Below are positions 49,966-64,000 of a stretch of DNA of 64,000 nt, piece by piece. The notes below the pieces were generated by a model, which did not search any database, was not told the origin of the DNA, and worked only from the letters and a program-made list of their open reading frames with translations. The position numbers were made by a program, and so were the translations under genes. Source of the stretch: Amoebidium appalachense. Taxonomy: Eukaryota > Protista > Ichthyosporea. The stretch covers positions 3,594,159-3,658,158 of the forward strand of contig CAVNZM010000010.1 in the NCBI GenBank assembly GCA_963693365.1, given 5' to 3'. Position 1 is the stretch's first letter; every line of letters starts with the position of its first letter.

Positions 49966-52489
49966 ATGCCGTCCCTCATGCAACTTGCAGCGCTGTGCGC
50001 GCTCGCAAGCGTCTCATACGCACAGGACGATGTTACGTTCGAAGATTTCGCAGTGGAGGACTTTGTGGACGCCCCTCCGGAAGTGACCGTTGCTCGCGCG
50101 GCACCACCCCCTTACTCCACCTTCGGCAGCCCCCGGCCCGGAATAGTCGACAAGACTGTGTGGCCCTTTACGAGCCCCTCGCAGCGATTGGGATACTGTA
50201 CAAACATGCGTTACAAATGCGCTTCAAAGATGAACGTGGCGACCCCTCACGACGCTAACGGGGACGAGGAAAAGTTCGACGGCCTGTTCATTGGAAACTT
50301 CCACAAGTCTCTCCCCCACAACGAGTTTGGTGAGGTGGACCCCAAGGCTTACCGTCTCATGCGTCGCGCTATTCAGGCGGGGACGGCAAAGGCTCTGGAA
50401 GCTGTCCCCGCTGGTGGGCAAATGGGCTTCACATCCCCTGTGGGTGGCATGCCGTGCAGCTTGGATGGACCAGACACGAGCAGTTTGTATTTGAGCCCGC
50501 CCGAGTCTATTGTTTCAAAGGAGACGGCGGCTCAGATGGTGGAGGTGTACTGGATGGCGCTGCTGCGTGATATTCCTTTCATCCAGTGGTCTACGTCATC
50601 GGTGGTACAGTCGGCCGTTAACAACTTGAACCAGTTGACGGGCTACCAGGTAAGCCTTTTTTTGACTTGATTCCCTGTTAGAAATGGGAACGATGGGAGG
50701 GGGACTTTGTAGAGAGTATAAGCAGCTTGGAGGTTGTAGGTGGACGCGTTGTTTTGTGCCTAGCGAACTTCGAAAAGAGGTCCCGGTCCGGGAGCCTGTG
50801 TGTGTGTTTGTGGGGTTGTAGGGAGCGGAGGGGAGGGGGGGAGAAAGGGGGGGGGGGGGGGGGGGGGGGAAGAGGGGGGGGGGGGGGGGGGGGGGGGAGG
50901 GGGAGGGGAGAGGAACGGGCCGAAGGTGGGCGGCGGGGGGCAGGGGGGGGGGGGGGGGGGGGTTGGAGCCTGCGGCAAAACCCGGGGAAAGGTTGGGGAA
51001 GGCAATGTTTAGTAAGCTTTGCATATTAGAGACCTTGTGCAAGGAAGTCTGCTAAGCTTACACACTTAAAGGTCGCTGAGACAACCTTGAAGAATGGTGC
51101 CCATAGTGTTTGCACTGACCAAAACTTCCCAATTCTCCGGCGCTGTTTCTATTTCAGTGTCAACCCCCCCCCCCCCCCCCCCCCCCCCCCCGGAGAATTG
51201 TCCCTGCTTACATAACGTATCAGCTTTGCAAAACTTACATTATGCCATTATTAATGCATGTGTACTTTGCGCTTGAACGAGTCCTCCTCCCCTTCCCCCC
51301 CCCCTCCCCCTTCCCGCCCGCCCGCCCGCCTGCCCCCGGGGGCCTTGGGACCCCAAGGCGTATGTATCAATTGCATGCTGATTCATTCCGTCTCCCTTTT
51401 CAACCCCCTCAGGGCCCCAAGGACAGCAATGGGAAGGTGACCATTCAGAATCTCTTCCGCATGGAGTGGCCCGGGGTGCAGGCGGGCCCCATTGCCTCGC
51501 AGCTACTTTACGCAAACTTCAGCATGGACGGTATCCCCATTCAGCCCAAGATCAGTCCCTTTATCGCCGGCGTCGACTTCCTCACCTCCCCTGCAAAGTG
51601 GTTGGAGGCACAGAACGGTTTTCCCAACGGCATGCCCGACAGCGCACCGCAGAGCCCCGTGACTGTTTTCCCTCGGAACGTCCGCGACCTTGCCTCCGTG
51701 TCTGTTTTGGATTTCTCCTTCTCCCCGTATTTTCGCTCTCTCCTTATCCTTCTCGGTATGGCTCCAAACGGGATGGTCGGTGGGCCGTACACCAGCGCAC
51801 GCCGTCAGTTTGGTTTCTCGACGTGGGGCAACATCCATTTCGCCGACATGGTCGCACGCGTTTCCAAGTCGCTCCACCACGCATGGTTCCAGAAATGGCA
51901 CGTTCACCGTTTCCCTCGCCCCGAGGCCTTCGGTGGTCTCGTTCACTTCGCAAAGACCGGACAGCGCAACTACACTCTGCACAAGGACGTGCTCGAGAGC
52001 CCCGTTCTCCCGCTTCTTTTCGAGTACAACCGCAAGAGAAATGCAGCCGTTGGCGAAAATCCCGCCACAGGGAGCTACCTCCTTCCCATGATCCCAGCCA
52101 CGGGTTCCCCGTCCCACCCCGCCTATCCCTCGGGTCATGCCGTGACGGCCGGTGCGACCATCACCGCCCTGAAGTTCATTTTCTCGAAGATGTGCAACAT
52201 GCCCTGGCCTAACCCTAAACAGCCCACCGTCGACGGACAGCGTCTGGTAGACTACCGCGGCGACCAGCTTACGATCTGCGGCGAAATTAACAAACTGGGG
52301 TCCAACATTGCTATGGGCAGGGCAATGGCGGGGGTCCATTGGCGCTACGACGCGCACGGAGGGATGCTATTGGGCGAGCAGCTGGCCGTCCAATGGCTGA
52401 TCGAAGAGAAGTCCACGCTGCTGGGTGAGCAGTCTATGATGAGTCCCATCGAGGTGCCCCTGCTCAACGGTACCGTAGTAAGGATCTAA
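49966..52489 (+). CDS. Secreted vanadium-dependent haloperoxidase, bromoperoxidase-type; two exons, ~586 aa
   Basis: Exons 49966-50649 (CAG|GTAAGC) and 51413-52489, phase 0. Signal peptide MPSLMQLAALCALASVSYA; NGDE, GNFHKSLPHNEFGEVD and AAQMVEVYWMALLRDIPF; vanadate-site motifs WFQKWHVHRFPRPEAFGG, GSPSHPAYPSGHA and GEINKL..NIAMGRAMAGVHWRYD. Confidence 0.93.
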
Positions 52490-53455
52490 GTCACGACTTA
52501 ACTGTGTATGTATGCCTTGATACACTTCCTTCTTACCTTTAACCTATGGCATGATAATATACCCTCTTCCCCTCTCCTCCTTGCCTTCCTTCGCTTCTTT
52601 CCTCAAGCTGTGTTGGAGATCTTTGCTGTCCCCGGCGAAATACAGTTTTGGTCAATAGGCCGAGGCAGGATGATGAAAAATGAGACATTTAAGAACCTAT
52701 GATGAGAATAAATAGTGATGTTAGATGGATGTATATTTGATTTAGATGATATGGTATCGAACTACCCGAGAGAATGGTAGGATACCTGAGATGGTAGCGT
52801 CGAAATACGATGCCGAATCTTGAGCGCGCGATTTGTAATCCTGTGGCGCGCTGACATCTCGGCGACTGATACATTTGATATAGTATAATTAGCGGAGCTG
52901 AAGCTGTACATGACGTTGTTGGTTTGCAAGTGAAGGCTGTTAAGGTATGGATGCTTGATCTAATGATATCATCTGAATCCAACAGTTGTGCTATACATAG
53001 TGATGAGGCCACCAACGGGTTCTTAGCGGGGAACCCCGTGCTTCTAACATCTACGCTGGCCAATAAATTTAGTGTGTATCATGATGTATCATCAGTGCAT
53101 AATGGTTTTGTGTGAGTTGGTTTTACTTAGTAAAATTATGTAGTACTTTCAGTTACTAATATTCGTTAGGCTTGCCCCAGGCTCTGTGTCTTCTGAGGAA
53201 GTGTTGGCCGGATCCCGCGTCGTCAATATTTGTACTTCGAATAGTGTCGTATTCTTTAAACACATTCGAAATCTCTCCCCCTTCCCGCCTTCCCCCAAAC
53301 TCCCACGGCACCAGGTCCTACCTGACTGTAGTACGTATATTAAATATATGCCTGCACCCACACACACAAACACACGCAGTGCCACACCCACCCATGGCCA
53401 CCCACACAAAACACGCACCAGCTCCACACCCGTGGCACCTCCCAAATCACTGTAC

Positions 53456-53490
<35 letters not shown>

Positions 53491-53542
53491 GCGGTTTGGT
53501 TTTAAGTGGGTGGCGGCCCGGGGAGGGGGAGGAGGAGAAGAA

Positions 53543-53574
<32 letters not shown>

Positions 53575-53707
53575 TGATAAGTGTCTTTCTCGGGTAGGCC
53601 TCCTCAACGCCGTTGCCGGGTATATGCATGGTACGGTGAAATGTCCATGCCGAGGACTGAGAAGAGGAAAGGGGGGCCGGGAAGGGGGAGGGGGAGGAAA
53701 GGGGCCC

Positions 53708-53741
<34 letters not shown>

Positions 53742-53754
53742 GGGAGAGAGAGGG

Positions 53755-53813
<59 letters not shown>

Positions 53814-54241
53814 AGAGACTCACAAGACTCAGATCAGGGTTTGAAATACTGTATCAGCTTGTAGTTCAACTTCAGCTGCAGATCGCATATCATACAGCTC
53901 TCCAAAACCTCCTGTGCTCTCTCTATATAGCTGTCTGGCTGCTGTCCCGACGCGGTTGCCACACAATCACAAGAACACCCGTGTACACCCCTAGCTATAA
54001 GCTGTGTGCTAAGGAATAAAGGGCCATGCACCAGTTTTCTTAGGCGTGTTGGAATCATCTGGTTTCTCTGCATCCTGAGGGGGCCGAAGCTTGCAACAAC
54101 CAAAAGCAAACTTCGCGTATACAGCACATGTGGGAATGAAATTAAAGCAACACCATCCAGCAAAGTTTTGGGAACGGTGGGTCTAGTTTGAGCTGCACAT
54201 GATAATAATCCAGAAGAGATACATGCTCGAATGATAGAAGC

Positions 54242-63584
<9,343 letters not shown>

Positions 63585-63730
63585 GTATGCCTTGGGCAAA
63601 GGGAGGGGAGGGGGGAGGAGGGGAATGGGGTTTTAAGGGGAGGGGGAGGGGGGGGGGGGAGGGGAAGGGGAAGGGAGCAATACATGCGCACGCACACGCC
63701 CGCACGTGCGCACACGTGCGCACACACACG

Positions 63731-63761
<31 letters not shown>

Positions 63762-64000
63762 CACCAGGTACGGCCGAAGTTTCAAGAAAAGGCGGCCGCA
63801 CATGCATAAACTCGACACAAAAGCCAACATAAAAGAAGCGACATCCATGCCACACTATGTGTACGTGTATTGAATGCGTTTTGGCTCGTGTAATCCATGG
63901 ATAGTTGTGTTTCATCTTCAAATCACATATATAACATATATGCCCATTATCATTTGGAAGTCTTTGGCACAAACTTTGCCTTCTTCTGCATATCCCCCCC

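Noticed and set aside
52689-53063. Non-repetitive short ORFs (also 20811-21143, 23122-23400, 53834-54310)
   Set aside because: No recognisable motifs or supporting splice structure; probably UTR or intergenic.

Overview
Eukaryotic genomic DNA, assembled by eye into genes using GT-AG splice sites and codon phase. The fungal-type mL58 and short Swp1-type RPN2 suggest a unicellular opisthokont (inference). Introns and intergenic DNA are packed with (CA/TG)n, (GA/TC)n and poly-C/G tracts, so most ORFs in the six-frame track are spurious. Gene order: ribophorin II/Swp1-like (-, runs off the left edge), head-to-head with a mitoribosomal mL58/MrpL20-like gene (+); a bacterial-type GNAT acetyltransferase (-); an intron-poor island with a GT31 glycosyltransferase, three tandem MFS transporter paralogs (one intact, two disrupted), a transposon graveyard (piggyBac relic, two related non-LTR retrotransposon copies, a hAT-type MITE with a perfect 8-bp TSD) and a secreted vanadium-dependent bromoperoxidase; then a multi-exon LtrA-family membrane protein gene (+, runs off the right edge). 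Most notable: the algal/cyanobacterial-type V-bromoperoxidase in a possible accessory cluster, tandem echoes of exon-end plus splice-donor sequence in introns of two unrelated genes, acceptors directly abutting long CA microsatellites, and a short intronic element always in the same orientation relative to its host transcript.
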